A DNA stretch of 64,000 nucleotides from Polyangia bacterium (GTDB lineage: Bacteria; Myxococcota_A; Polyangia; Palsa-1104; JAEUJZ01), in NCBI GenBank assembly GCA_044228505.1, contig JBGAUT010000033.1:646-64645 (forward strand), written 5' to 3'. The notes under the pieces are model-generated. The model saw only the letters and a program-made list of their open reading frames with translations. It did no database searches and was not told the origin of the DNA. The position numbers and the translations under genes were made by a program. This document shows, in pieces, positions 19,240-29,033 of the stretch (its first letter is position 1; every line of letters starts with the position of its first letter).

Positions 19240-20511
19240 ATGAACGGCTCGCTCCTCCGCCACTCGTCCCTGGATGTGCTGCTGATCGGAATGAGTGTGT
19301 TCCACGCAGTGCTGTTGGGGGCGCTGTTTTGCCTACCCCCCCAACCAGGGGTGCTCTTGTCTGGCTCCCTGGGATTTGCGGGGATTCTGTGGTGGAACGC
19401 CAATACCGTTTCGCACAATCATCTGCACAATCCGCTGTTCCATTCGCGGTGGCATAACCAGGCGTTTTCGATTTTCCTCACGCTGCTTTCGGGCGTGCCG
19501 CAGACGATGTGGAAACGGCGACATCTGTGGCACCACGCAGGTGAACCAGCGACGAAAAAGAAGTTTCTTGGGCGTGCCGAATTCCCAGAGTTGCTGCTGC
19601 TTGGCGGCTGGTGGATTGCGTTGTTTTTCATCGCTCCTTCGCGATTTCTCCTGACCTACCTTCCGGGCTATGGCTTGGGAATGCTGCTGTGTCAGCTCCA
19701 AGGGCACTTCGAGCACGCGGGCTTGCCGGTCGTGGTGGAGCCGGGCATCAGCTACTACGGGCGACTCTACAATCTGCTGTGGTTCAACGATGGCTACCAC
19801 GCCGAGCATCATCGTTATCCAGGGACACACTGGTCCAAGTTGCCGCTGCGCAAGCTGCAGAGTCCTCTGCCCACTGTGAGCACGCTGCCCCCCCTTCTTC
19901 GCGGCTGGGAGTCCTTTCGGGCGAGCCTGAACCAGATGCAGGCCTACTGCTTGGTGTTGCTGGAAGGGCTGGCGCTCCGCCCGGGACCGATCCAGCGCTT
20001 CATGCTATCGACGCATGAACGCGCCCTGGCAAGGCTGCTCAAGCATCCGATCCTCTCCGACGTGCATCGCTCCGAACCGCCGCCACGGATCGGCATTGTA
20101 GGGGGCGGGCTCTTTCCGCGTACGGCACTCCTCTTGGCCAAGCTGGTGCCTTCCGCTCATCTTACGATCATCGATGAATGTGCCGCTCATGTGAGCTGTG
20201 CGAGATCGACTCTGTTGCAACATGGAGTCCGTTCTGATCGGCTTGCATTTATGGTTCAGCGCTATTGCGAAGAGCGACACCGCGACTTTGATCTGCTGGT
20301 CTTTCCGCTGGGCTACCTGGGGAATCGGGAGGCGCTGTACCGAGTTCCTTTCGGAGATCCTCCCCGGCTGATCCATGACTGGTTTTTTCGTCGAGACGGA
20401 CAGATCGGAGTCAGCATCTCACGCTGGATCGGGAAGCGGCTCAACCTGGCTTGTTCTCCCTCCCAGGTTTCTGTGCAAACCGATTCTGAATCGGTGCGGT
20501 GTGCGTCATGA
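19240..20511 (+). CDS. Fatty-acid desaturase family protein fused to a Rossmann/methyltransferase-like domain
   Basis: His boxes HNHLH, HLWHH and YHAEHH with TM segments; C-terminal IGIVGGGLFPRT..LTIIDE. Confidence 0.75.
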   Translation: MNGSLLRHSSLDVLLIGMSVFHAVLLGALFCLPPQPGVLLSGSLGFAGILWWNANTVSHNHLHNPLFHSRWHNQAFSIFLTLLSGVPQTMWKRRHLWHHAGEPATKKKFLGRAEFPELLLLGGWWIALFFIAPSRFLLTYLPGYGLGMLLCQLQGHFEHAGLPVVVEPGISYYGRLYNLLWFNDGYHAEHHRYPGTHWSKLPLRKLQSPLPTVSTLPPLLRGWESFRASLNQMQAYCLVLLEGLALRPGPIQRFMLSTHERALARLLKHPILSDVHRSEPPPRIGIVGGGLFPRTALLLAKLVPSAHLTIIDECAAHVSCARSTLLQHGVRSDRLAFMVQRYCEERHRDFDLLVFPLGYLGNREALYRVPFGDPPRLIHDWFFRRDGQIGVSISRWIGKRLNLACSPSQVSVQTDSESVRCAS

Positions 20512-21356
20512 AAATTCATCAATCTGCCGCCTTTCTGCGTGCCTACCACCTGCTGCCGCATCGGCTGCTGAACCAAGCATGTGCGCGGCTGATGACAGCG
20601 AAGACTCCGGCGTTTGCGGTTCAGGCGGCGATTCGATGGTGGATTCGCAGTGCTGGCATCGATATGTCGGACTTTGCGAGCGTTCCGTACCAATCGATTG
20701 AAGAGTTCTTTTTGCGCGAGCTCCAAACGGGAGCCCGACCGATTGCGGAAGGTATCGTGTGTCCCGTTGATGGCGAGGTGTTTGCGACTGGAACGATCGC
20801 TGCTGATTCCCGACTATCGGTCAAGGGTCAGGTGCTGTCTCTGTCTCGGCTCGTGAACGGACAAGGACATTCGGCATCTCTGTCGGAGTATGAAGGCGGA
20901 TGCTACGTTGCCATTTTTTTGAGCCCACGCGGCTACCACCACATCCATGCTCCCGTCGCGGCAGAGCTTGTACGCAGGCAGTGGATTCCCGGTCGCTACT
21001 TTCCGCAAAACGCCGTGGCCTTGCAACACATTCCTGCTGTCTACGAACGCAACGAGCGCGCCGCGCTGTTTTGGCAAACCTCGAAAGAACAAGGAGCGCA
21101 GCGGCTGATCACGGTCTTGGTCGGTGCCAGCATGGTCGGAGGAATTGAATTGGAAGAGCTGCCACAGTCCGCGTGGCAGACCGCGCACGGAACCGATTGT
21201 TCACGATGGTATGAAAAAGGGCAGCGGTTCGCTCACTTTCGGTTTGGTTCTACCGTGGTCGTCCTGTTTTCCCAAGGGTTGGTTGAGCGGCTGCTGGTGA
21301 AGGTGGGAGATGCGGTGCTGATGGGACAGCGGTTGGCGGAGCCTAGTGCGCGGTAA
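20508..21356 (+). CDS. psd: Phosphatidylserine decarboxylase
   Basis: EFFLREL, CPVDG, LSPRGYHHIHAP, NER, VGASMVG, FRFGSTVV (GS cleavage site); ATGA overlap with the desaturase gene. Confidence 0.9.
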   Translation: MKIHQSAAFLRAYHLLPHRLLNQACARLMTAKTPAFAVQAAIRWWIRSAGIDMSDFASVPYQSIEEFFLRELQTGARPIAEGIVCPVDGEVFATGTIAADSRLSVKGQVLSLSRLVNGQGHSASLSEYEGGCYVAIFLSPRGYHHIHAPVAAELVRRQWIPGRYFPQNAVALQHIPAVYERNERAALFWQTSKEQGAQRLITVLVGASMVGGIELEELPQSAWQTAHGTDCSRWYEKGQRFAHFRFGSTVVVLFSQGLVERLLVKVGDAVLMGQRLAEPSAR

Positions 21357-23286
21357 TCAAGAGCCGCTGGCGATAGAACCAGGCCCGAAGATGGGCTCTG
21401 TAGCGTTCCACTAGCTCGGGATGCAGCGATGACAGGTCGGTCTGTTCTTCGGGATCGCGTACCACATCAAAGAGCTGCGTACGCCCGGTCTCGGATTCAT
21501 CAATGAACTTCCAGGGACCATGACGTAGGCCGACTTGCTCCAGTGTGTGATCGGTCAAAAAGCGCGGCACAGAGTCCTCGGACCTACTGCGCAGAAGTGA
21601 GTGTCCCTGATACTCTCTCGGTATCGGCAGTCCCGTGAGATCCAGCAGAGTCGGAGCGATATCCATGATGCTTCCCGGTTGATCGAGTGGTTCGGGAAAC
21701 ACGGTTTCTTTCTGATCAGTGATGCCCGGAAGACAAATGAACAGCGGCACGCGCAGATTCTCGTCGTATAGGTGCAGCGTGTGGCCAAAGTTCCCTTCGT
21801 GCTGATGGAACGCTTCGCCGTGATCAGCGGAAACCACGAGCAGTAACTTCGACATCCGTCCGCGTGCGCGCAGTCCGCGAAGTAGCTCGCCGAGCGCTTC
21901 GTCGCCTAGATGCAGATCGTTGCGATACTGATCAAGCTCGGTTCGTGGCAAAAATGGCTGCGAGCGATTCTTGGGACCAGGCGAGTGATACGGATGGTGT
22001 CCCGTGATCGGTAGATACATGACAAACGCACGCTCGTTTTGCGACAGCGAATCAAAGAACGCGAGCACACTCTGTACGCTTGACGCTTCATCGACTCCAA
22101 AGCTGGTTGCGTACCCACCTCCGATCGCTTGGGCGTCTTTGGCCAGTGTGAATCCGCGATCGGCAACGATGCCGTCCATTCCCAAATACAGAAACCAGCC
22201 GGAGTGAACCATCGCGGTGCGATATCCGGCCTGTTGAAAGCGCAGTCCAATACTCGGGCAAGGTAGGCGGGCCTGGGTATAGCGCGCCGCAGTGGTGTGA
22301 GCCGCCGGGTTCATGGAGCACAGCGTAGAAAAGAGTCCTTTGATGCTCTCGGGATACGCGGCGTAGATGGAATCAAACCGGAGACTGCGTGCGCCGAGCT
22401 CACTCAGGTTCGGCATGGGATCTTCGGCTGCGCCATAAGGCCGAAGATAGCGTGCAGCCGTCGATTCCAGCACGATCCACAGCACGCTCCGATCTTTTGC
22501 CGCACCCAGAAGTGACGATAGATCGGGACGATGACGGTCGGTGACTTCGGAGTGTCCACGGAGCAGTGTCGGTAGTGGCGGTACCTCGATCGCGGATGCT
22601 GCACCATGTGCGTCACGCTGTAACAGCGTCGTATAGAGGAGTGCGGAGAGCGCGTTGCGGGACAGCCCACGCAGATTCACCCATGGGCGTGCCACAAACC
22701 CGAGCCCCACCACGGCTACCGCCAGGGACCAAAACGCAAGTCCAGTGGGAAGGAAGCGGGGTCGATGCAGTCGCACCGTTAGAAACGGAAACAGTAGCGC
22801 GAAGATCAGCACGGTTCCGATTCCCACGACGTTACCGCCAGTGACATAGACAACCAGTGAGTCCGCGAGCGCGGTATCGGCGGCGTGCAGGATCGGAAAC
22901 GTGAGCGGAGTCCCGAACATCCGCATCACCGGAACGTTGCTCGCAACATAGCTCGAGGTGACGGCGTAGAGCAGCCAGTGCATCCGCTCGCCACGGCCGC
23001 GAAGCGCACGTAACACCAGGGCATCCACCAAGGTCCACAGTCCCGCAAAAGCAAGATCTTCTGCAAGCAGGACCGGGATGGAAAACAGACCCAGCTTGAT
23101 GCGGCTGCCATCGATGGCACGCAAGGTCAGGACCACCAGTTTGCATACCACCATCACGCCAAGGAGTGCCAGCCCACGTCGAGCAGCTCGGAGGGATAGG
23201 TCGCAGTTTGTACCCCTTTGGTACGGAGGCGAAGGAGACGCTGCCATCGAGTTGATAGGATTCCTGTGCCGAGACGCCGGGTTCAC
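21343..23286 (-). CDS. LTA synthase/sulfatase-superfamily membrane protein
   Basis: N-terminal TM helices, WIVLEST, TGHHPY, VSADHGEAF, HEGNFGH, SIMDIAPTLL. Confidence 0.8.
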   Translation of the reverse strand: MNPASRHRNPINSMAASPSPPYQRGTNCDLSLRAARRGLALLGVMVVCKLVVLTLRAIDGSRIKLGLFSIPVLLAEDLAFAGLWTLVDALVLRALRGRGERMHWLLYAVTSSYVASNVPVMRMFGTPLTFPILHAADTALADSLVVYVTGGNVVGIGTVLIFALLFPFLTVRLHRPRFLPTGLAFWSLAVAVVGLGFVARPWVNLRGLSRNALSALLYTTLLQRDAHGAASAIEVPPLPTLLRGHSEVTDRHRPDLSSLLGAAKDRSVLWIVLESTAARYLRPYGAAEDPMPNLSELGARSLRFDSIYAAYPESIKGLFSTLCSMNPAAHTTAARYTQARLPCPSIGLRFQQAGYRTAMVHSGWFLYLGMDGIVADRGFTLAKDAQAIGGGYATSFGVDEASSVQSVLAFFDSLSQNERAFVMYLPITGHHPYHSPGPKNRSQPFLPRTELDQYRNDLHLGDEALGELLRGLRARGRMSKLLLVVSADHGEAFHQHEGNFGHTLHLYDENLRVPLFICLPGITDQKETVFPEPLDQPGSIMDIAPTLLDLTGLPIPREYQGHSLLRSRSEDSVPRFLTDHTLEQVGLRHGPWKFIDESETGRTQLFDVVRDPEEQTDLSSLHPELVERYRAHLRAWFYRQRLLITAH

Positions 23287-23527
23287 TCCTTGCTGATATC
23301 ACGTAAGGCAGCACAGTGGTCACAGTTGCTGCGGTTGGGAATCGTGTACCGATTGGTACGGAATACCTGTGCGCGGTCCTAAGTATGTAGCCGCGAGGGT
23401 GGTTGAGTCGGGAATTTGCAAGATTCCCAGATTTTGTTGGATCGGAATTGTCCCCCTGGTGATACATTAGAAGTGGGCTATGAGTGGTTGCCTCTTCGAC
23501 GGAGAGTTCTCCGAAGAGAGCCAAACA

Positions 23528-24232
23528 ATGGCAATCGCACTGGCACCACGGAGTTACGGAGACGCAAGGGGGGTTCGTATGCGATACGATCTTGCGACTG
23601 CTCGTCTGTCGAGGGAATCACGCTCTGGAGTTGCCTTCGCTCTGGGTTTTATCCGAGTGCGATCGTGGCTATGGGGGCTGCTGGTAGGGTTGTGCATTCC
23701 TATTGGAATGCACACCGTGGCACCATCCCCTGTAGGAGCAGAAGAGCGTCGCAGTCCGGAGCGGATCTCGACCGTCATTGGGAGCTGCGGTTCGAAGGTC
23801 AAGTCGACTGCGATCGCTGATGTCCCTGCCGTGCTGCGGAGTGCTCTGCTCAAAGAACTGCGGACCCTGGCGGCGATTCGAGTATTTGAAGACTCGCGCA
23901 ACGCCAGCTTGATCGGCTCTGGCTACAGCATCGATGGCAGCGTCACCCAACTGTCACGTCGCATCAATGCCCAAGGCGACATCGAAGTCAGTGCCGATGT
24001 GAGCTTGATAGTCTCGGCCTTACCGGGGAAACGGGTCGTGGGCATGGTGTCGGCTGGCGCGACGGTGATTGGATCGGCCACAGCCGACACTCGGTTCGCC
24101 AGTCTGCTTCTGCAGAGCCTGCAGCAGGAGGCGATCCAGCAAGCGGTTCAGCAGGCCACGGTGAGCTGGGTCGAGTCGCTGGAGCGAAAGAACCAGCGCA
24201 AGGCGAACCCAAAGCTAGTGGCGATGCGCTAA
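23528..24232 (+). CDS. Hypothetical exported or membrane-anchored protein
   Basis: ORF with a hydrophobic segment and a beta-rich domain; start codon uncertain. Confidence 0.55.
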   Translation: MAIALAPRSYGDARGVRMRYDLATARLSRESRSGVAFALGFIRVRSWLWGLLVGLCIPIGMHTVAPSPVGAEERRSPERISTVIGSCGSKVKSTAIADVPAVLRSALLKELRTLAAIRVFEDSRNASLIGSGYSIDGSVTQLSRRINAQGDIEVSADVSLIVSALPGKRVVGMVSAGATVIGSATADTRFASLLLQSLQQEAIQQAVQQATVSWVESLERKNQRKANPKLVAMR

Positions 24233-24298
24233 GCGAATTGGCGGCAGAGCAGGGCAGATCACACACTCAATATGAAGCAGATGAATGGCTTCATATTG

Positions 24299-24685
24299 CT
24301 ACTTGTGGCAGACCGCTTCGATGTTGTTTCCTTCGGGGTCTAGTACAAACGCTCCGTAGTAGTTCGGGTGATACATCGGTCGCGGTCCGGGGGCTCCAAA
24401 GTCGCGTCCGCCAGCGCTGATGGCAGCCGCATAAAACGCGTTGACCGTGGCATGGTCGGGGGCGGTGAACGCGATATGGGTCGGAGTGTTCGCAGTCTGC
24501 CCTTCCTTCCAGAAAGACATCGGGCCGCAGCCGATCCAAAATTCAGGCTTGCCCTCTCGACCGAACCCACAGGTATTTGGGAATTCCATCACAATCGTGA
24601 TGCCGAGCGGTGCGAGCGCACGTTCATAGAATGCTTTGGCGGTGGCATAGTTAGCGACGGGGAGAGTGATATGATCGATGATCAT
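24299..24685 (-). CDS. VOC/glyoxalase family protein
   Basis: IDHITLPV, FYERALAPLG, HIAF, YYGAFVLDPEGNNIEAVCH; AGGAGG RBS upstream. Confidence 0.92.
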   Translation of the reverse strand: MIIDHITLPVANYATAKAFYERALAPLGITIVMEFPNTCGFGREGKPEFWIGCGPMSFWKEGQTANTPTHIAFTAPDHATVNAFYAAAISAGGRDFGAPGPRPMYHPNYYGAFVLDPEGNNIEAVCHK

Positions 24686-24793
24686 CGGGAGTCCTCCTGT
24701 GCAGAGGCTTAGCATGGAGCAGAGGGCCGGCTCTAGTGAACTTTTTTGGCTGACCCAACCGCTCATTCAGAGCAGTGTCCAGGGACGGAACAG

Positions 24794-25831
24794 CTAGGCG
24801 CGCCAGACTGCAGAGGTCGGCAGCCGTGCGTCACCTTCCGGGTCAATCGAAGAGGGGGGGACATTGTCCGGCATGCCGCGGCGGAGTGTCTGAAGTGCCA
24901 GTCTCGCGGCGTGATAGTAGCGGGACATCGGACCCTGTCCGGCCTTCGGCTCCGGAAACAGTAGCTCGCCGGTCGCCGATAGCAGACGCGATGCCAGCGA
25001 CTCCTCTGCGGGATCGACTTGTCCTTGTTCCTTCCATAGCATCTCGAACACCAGGGCTTGCTTGGTGGTCCCGAGCAGATACACCTGACGAGGATCCACC
25101 CCGAGCACCCGCATGTGCGGCTCCATGGCCTTGAGTTCCAGCAGCGCCGCCGCCAGGAGCTGCACCTGGAACGCAATCATTCGCCGCTCTTTCCAGCGCG
25201 ATAGGGTGGCGAGCTGCGTCGGCAAATACTGAAGTCCCAGCCCCACGTGCCGCGCTTCATCCTTTTCGAAATACAGCAGCAGCTCACACAGCACCGGCTC
25301 TGCTTGTGACTCCCGAATCGCCTGAAAAATCGTGAGCGCCAGCGCTTCGATCATAAGCTGCATGCCCATGACTTTTAGTAGCGGATCGTCGGTGAACAGC
25401 ACTCCGTCAATCAGCACCCGGGTCGGTCGGTCCAGCGGCTGCGGCGTATGTCCCAGCTCACGTAGATAGTCATGCAGGACATAGAAGTGGCGCGCTTCGT
25501 CATGCGCTTGAGAGGTCGCGGCCAACTTGGGTGCGAGCGGAACAAAGGAATCGGCGAGCTGGCTGGCAATTTTCCAGGCCGCCAGCTCTCCCCACATCAG
25601 CACCTGGATGATGTAGCCGACCGCCTGGCGCTGCTCGGGGCCGAGCTTGATCCCGCCATGTTTGTGGAGCAGCTCGGCCAGCACCTTCTGCCCATCCCAT
25701 GCGAGTGCTTGCCCTCGATGGTACAGACTCGTCAGCTTCTCTTGACGTTTCGCCATATCGGCATCAGCCGCCAGCGAAAACATGTCGAACGGGAGTGGGC
25801 TTTGGCTAAGACCTGCGATTCGCATCGCCAA
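24794..25831 (-). CDS. Ferritin-like di-iron carboxylate protein
   Basis: WGELAA..HDEARH..MIEALA..KDEARH, i.e. two E...ExxH sets. Confidence 0.75.
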   Translation of the reverse strand: MAMRIAGLSQSPLPFDMFSLAADADMAKRQEKLTSLYHRGQALAWDGQKVLAELLHKHGGIKLGPEQRQAVGYIIQVLMWGELAAWKIASQLADSFVPLAPKLAATSQAHDEARHFYVLHDYLRELGHTPQPLDRPTRVLIDGVLFTDDPLLKVMGMQLMIEALALTIFQAIRESQAEPVLCELLLYFEKDEARHVGLGLQYLPTQLATLSRWKERRMIAFQVQLLAAALLELKAMEPHMRVLGVDPRQVYLLGTTKQALVFEMLWKEQGQVDPAEESLASRLLSATGELLFPEPKAGQGPMSRYYHAARLALQTLRRGMPDNVPPSSIDPEGDARLPTSAVWRA

Positions 25832-25845
25832 CCTCCAGGGGGGTC

Positions 25846-27276
25846 TTACTTGGTTTCGCGCAGCGCGGTCAGGATGGCGTCCACTTGCTTTTTGGCGTCT
25901 CCGAACAGCATGCGGGTGTTGTCGCGGAAGAACAGCGGGTTTTCGATTCCGGCATAGCCCGAGGCCATGCTGCGCTTCATCACGATGCTGGTCTTGGCCT
26001 TCCAGACCTCAAGGACCGGCATACCGTAAATCGGGCTCTGTGGATCATCGAGCGCCGAGGGATTGACGATGTCGTTCGCGCCAATCACCAGCGCCAGATC
26101 CGTGCTCGGGAAGTCTTGGTTTATCTCGTCCATTTCGAGCACGATGTCGTAGGGAACCTTGGCCTCAGCGAGCAGCACGTTCATGTGACCGGGGAGCCGA
26201 CCCGCGACCGGGTGAATCGCAAAGCGGACGTTGGTCCCGCGTTCCCGAAGCAGCTTGGCGATTTCGTACAGCGGATACTGCGCCTGCGCGACCGCCATGC
26301 CGTAGCCGGGGATGATGATGATGCTCTTGGCCTCGCGCATCAGCTCGGCGGTGGCTTCACCGGTTACCGACACCACTTCGCGCTGCTCGGCACCGGCCTC
26401 TTTGGACTTGGCGGGGGCTGCTCCCTCATCGGCACCGAAGCCACCGAAGATGACGTTCCAGATCGAGCGGTTCATCGCCTTGCACATGATGTAGCTCAGG
26501 ATTGCGCCCGATGAGCCCACCAGGGCACCGGTGATGATGAGCAGGTCGTTTGACAGCATGAAGCCCGCCGCTGCTGCTGCCCACCCGGAGTAGCTGTTGA
26601 GCATCGAGACCACCACCGGCATGTCCGCGCCGCCAATCGCCATCACCAGGTGAATGCCGAGGACGCAGGCCAGCCCCGTCATGATGAGCAGCTCCATCGT
26701 CGCATCGGGAGACGGCACCGCCAGAAAACGAACCAGCAGGTAGGCCGATGCGGCGAGCAAGCTCAGGTTCAGCACATGTCGACCGGGAAGCAGCAAGGGT
26801 TTGCTGCGGATCGTCCCGCGCAGCTTTCCAAACGCGACGATCGAGCCGGTAAATGTCACCGCGCCGATGAGTACACCGAGGAAAATTTCGATTTCGTGGA
26901 TGGTTGCCTCGACGCCAGTGAGCTGTGCATCGGGTGACAGATAGCTGGCGATCCCAACCAGAACCGCGGCGGCACCCACGAAGCTGTGCAGGATCGCGAC
27001 CAGCTCCGGCATGTGGGTCATCGCGACGCGTGCGGCGAGGACTGCACCGATGGTCGCACCGACGGCCACTGCACCGGCCAGCATGCCAATCGAATGAAGC
27101 TGGGTCGTGACGGTGGAAAAGGCGTTTAGCGCGGTGGCGACGATCGCCAGCAGCATGCCGATGATGCCAAAGGCGTTGCCGCGTCTGGCCGAGGACTGGG
27201 TCGACAAGCCCCCGAGGCTCAGGATAAACAGCACACCCGCCGCAAGATAGGAAACAGTGACGAGACTCGTCTGCAT
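25846..27276 (-). CDS. pntB: NAD(P) transhydrogenase subunit beta
   Basis: [59 protein letters not shown]. Confidence 0.97.
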   Translation of the reverse strand: MQTSLVTVSYLAAGVLFILSLGGLSTQSSARRGNAFGIIGMLLAIVATALNAFSTVTTQLHSIGMLAGAVAVGATIGAVLAARVAMTHMPELVAILHSFVGAAAVLVGIASYLSPDAQLTGVEATIHEIEIFLGVLIGAVTFTGSIVAFGKLRGTIRSKPLLLPGRHVLNLSLLAASAYLLVRFLAVPSPDATMELLIMTGLACVLGIHLVMAIGGADMPVVVSMLNSYSGWAAAAAGFMLSNDLLIITGALVGSSGAILSYIMCKAMNRSIWNVIFGGFGADEGAAPAKSKEAGAEQREVVSVTGEATAELMREAKSIIIIPGYGMAVAQAQYPLYEIAKLLRERGTNVRFAIHPVAGRLPGHMNVLLAEAKVPYDIVLEMDEINQDFPSTDLALVIGANDIVNPSALDDPQSPIYGMPVLEVWKAKTSIVMKRSMASGYAGIENPLFFRDNTRMLFGDAKKQVDAILTALRETK

Positions 27277-27283
27277 GGGGCAC

Positions 27284-28855
27284 CTACCTGCGGAACATTT
27301 TGAGCATGCGCTGGGTGACCAGGAAGCCGCCCGCGATGTTGATGGTTGAGAGCAGCACCGCCACCGCCGCCAGGATCGTGGCCGGGGCCGTGGGCAGACC
27401 GCTGACTTTGAGCATGCCGCCGAGGATGATGATGCCCGAGATGGCGTTCGTGACGCTCATCAGCGGTGTATGCAGCGCTGGGGTCACGTTCCACACCACT
27501 TGCCAGCCCACAAAGCAGGCCAGCACAAACACCGTCAAGTGAGCCAGGAACGCGGGCGGCGCAAACAGACCGATGCACAGGAAGGCCGCTGCCATCAGCA
27601 GCAGGGCCATCACTTGGCCGCGAGGGTTGACCTCGCTGTCATGTCCGCCCTTCGACTCTTTGCCGGCGGGCTTGGCCGGTGCCGGCTGTGGCTTTTTCGC
27701 CTGATCCGGTGGTGGCGCTTTGGGCTTCGGCGGTGGCGCGAGGATCTCGCCATCGTGGATCACCAGTGCGCCGCGCACGACCTCGTCTTGCTGGTTGACC
27801 TGCCACTTGGCCGCGCCGCCCATGTCGGTGAGAAGGTGGACCAAGTTGTTGCCGTACAGAGAGCTGGCTGTGGGGGCAAGCCGACTCGGCAGGTCGACGT
27901 AGCCGATGATCGTAACGCCCCGGTGATTGATGACCTCGCCGGGACGGGTTAGTTCACAGTTTCCACCCGCTTCGGCGGCCAAGTCGACGACCACGCTGCC
28001 GGGCCGCATCTGCTCGACGTGGCTACGCAGGATAAGCTGCGGTGCGGCACGTCCGGGGATGAGCGCGGTGGTGATGATGATGTCGACCTCGCGAGCCTGC
28101 TTTTCAAACAGCGCCATTTCAGCGGCGATGAAGGCTGGGCTCATCTCGCGGGCGTAGCCACCTTCACCGGTACCGTCCTCGACCAGCTCAACTTCGAGGA
28201 ACTCTGCGCCCATGCTCTGCACTTGCTCACGGACGACCGGGCGAGTGTCGAAGGCGCGAACGATGGCACCCAGGCCACGCGCCGCACCAATGGCCGCGAG
28301 TCCGGCCACGCCCGCACCAATGATCATCACCTTGGCGGGTGGAACCTTGCCAGCGGCAGTGACTTGACCGGTAAAGAAGCGTCCGAAAAAGCTTGCTGCC
28401 TCAATGACGGCGCGATAGCCGGCGATGTTGGCCATCGAGCTGAGCGCGTCCATCTTCTGCGCCCGCGTGATGCGAGGGATCAGGTCCATCGCCAGCACCG
28501 TCGCTTGGCGCGTCGCCAGCCGTTCCAGCAGCTCGCGATTCTTCGCGGGCCACAAAAAACTGACGAGCGTTGCTTTTTCGCGTAGCAGCTCTGCTTCGTG
28601 ACGGCCTAGCTGAGGGTGCATATCCGGCGGCTGGACCTTGAGCACGATGTCCGATCCGCCCCACAACGCCGCAGTGTCTTTGCCAATTTGCGCGCCCGCG
28701 TTTTCGTAGTCCTCATCGCGGAACGAAGCGCCGTCGCCTGCTCCCGACTCAACCGTTACCGCAAAGCCGAGCTTGATCAGCTTACCGACCGTCTCTGGCG
28801 TCGCAGCGACTCGTCGCTCGCCAGGCTTTATCTCTTTGATGATGCCGATGTTCAT
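27284..28855 (-). CDS. pntA: NAD(P) transhydrogenase subunit alpha (single-chain type)
   Basis: [46 protein letters not shown]; start MNIGII at 28855. Confidence 0.97.
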   Translation of the reverse strand: MNIGIIKEIKPGERRVAATPETVGKLIKLGFAVTVESGAGDGASFRDEDYENAGAQIGKDTAALWGGSDIVLKVQPPDMHPQLGRHEAELLREKATLVSFLWPAKNRELLERLATRQATVLAMDLIPRITRAQKMDALSSMANIAGYRAVIEAASFFGRFFTGQVTAAGKVPPAKVMIIGAGVAGLAAIGAARGLGAIVRAFDTRPVVREQVQSMGAEFLEVELVEDGTGEGGYAREMSPAFIAAEMALFEKQAREVDIIITTALIPGRAAPQLILRSHVEQMRPGSVVVDLAAEAGGNCELTRPGEVINHRGVTIIGYVDLPSRLAPTASSLYGNNLVHLLTDMGGAAKWQVNQQDEVVRGALVIHDGEILAPPPKPKAPPPDQAKKPQPAPAKPAGKESKGGHDSEVNPRGQVMALLLMAAAFLCIGLFAPPAFLAHLTVFVLACFVGWQVVWNVTPALHTPLMSVTNAISGIIILGGMLKVSGLPTAPATILAAVAVLLSTINIAGGFLVTQRMLKMFRR

Positions 28856-29033
28856 GGTTTTGATTGCTGGAGCGGATGCTCCCCCGAATTGGCCCCGAAT
28901 TGCCACCAGAGAATAGGCCAATCCGTCGGCGAGAAACAAGCACACTGTGTGCCTAATAGGTTGCGACGGCTTTGTTGTCTGTTTGCGAAATCCGACGTTG
29001 TGCTGGTGCCTCGGTCGTGGATAGCATGACGCC

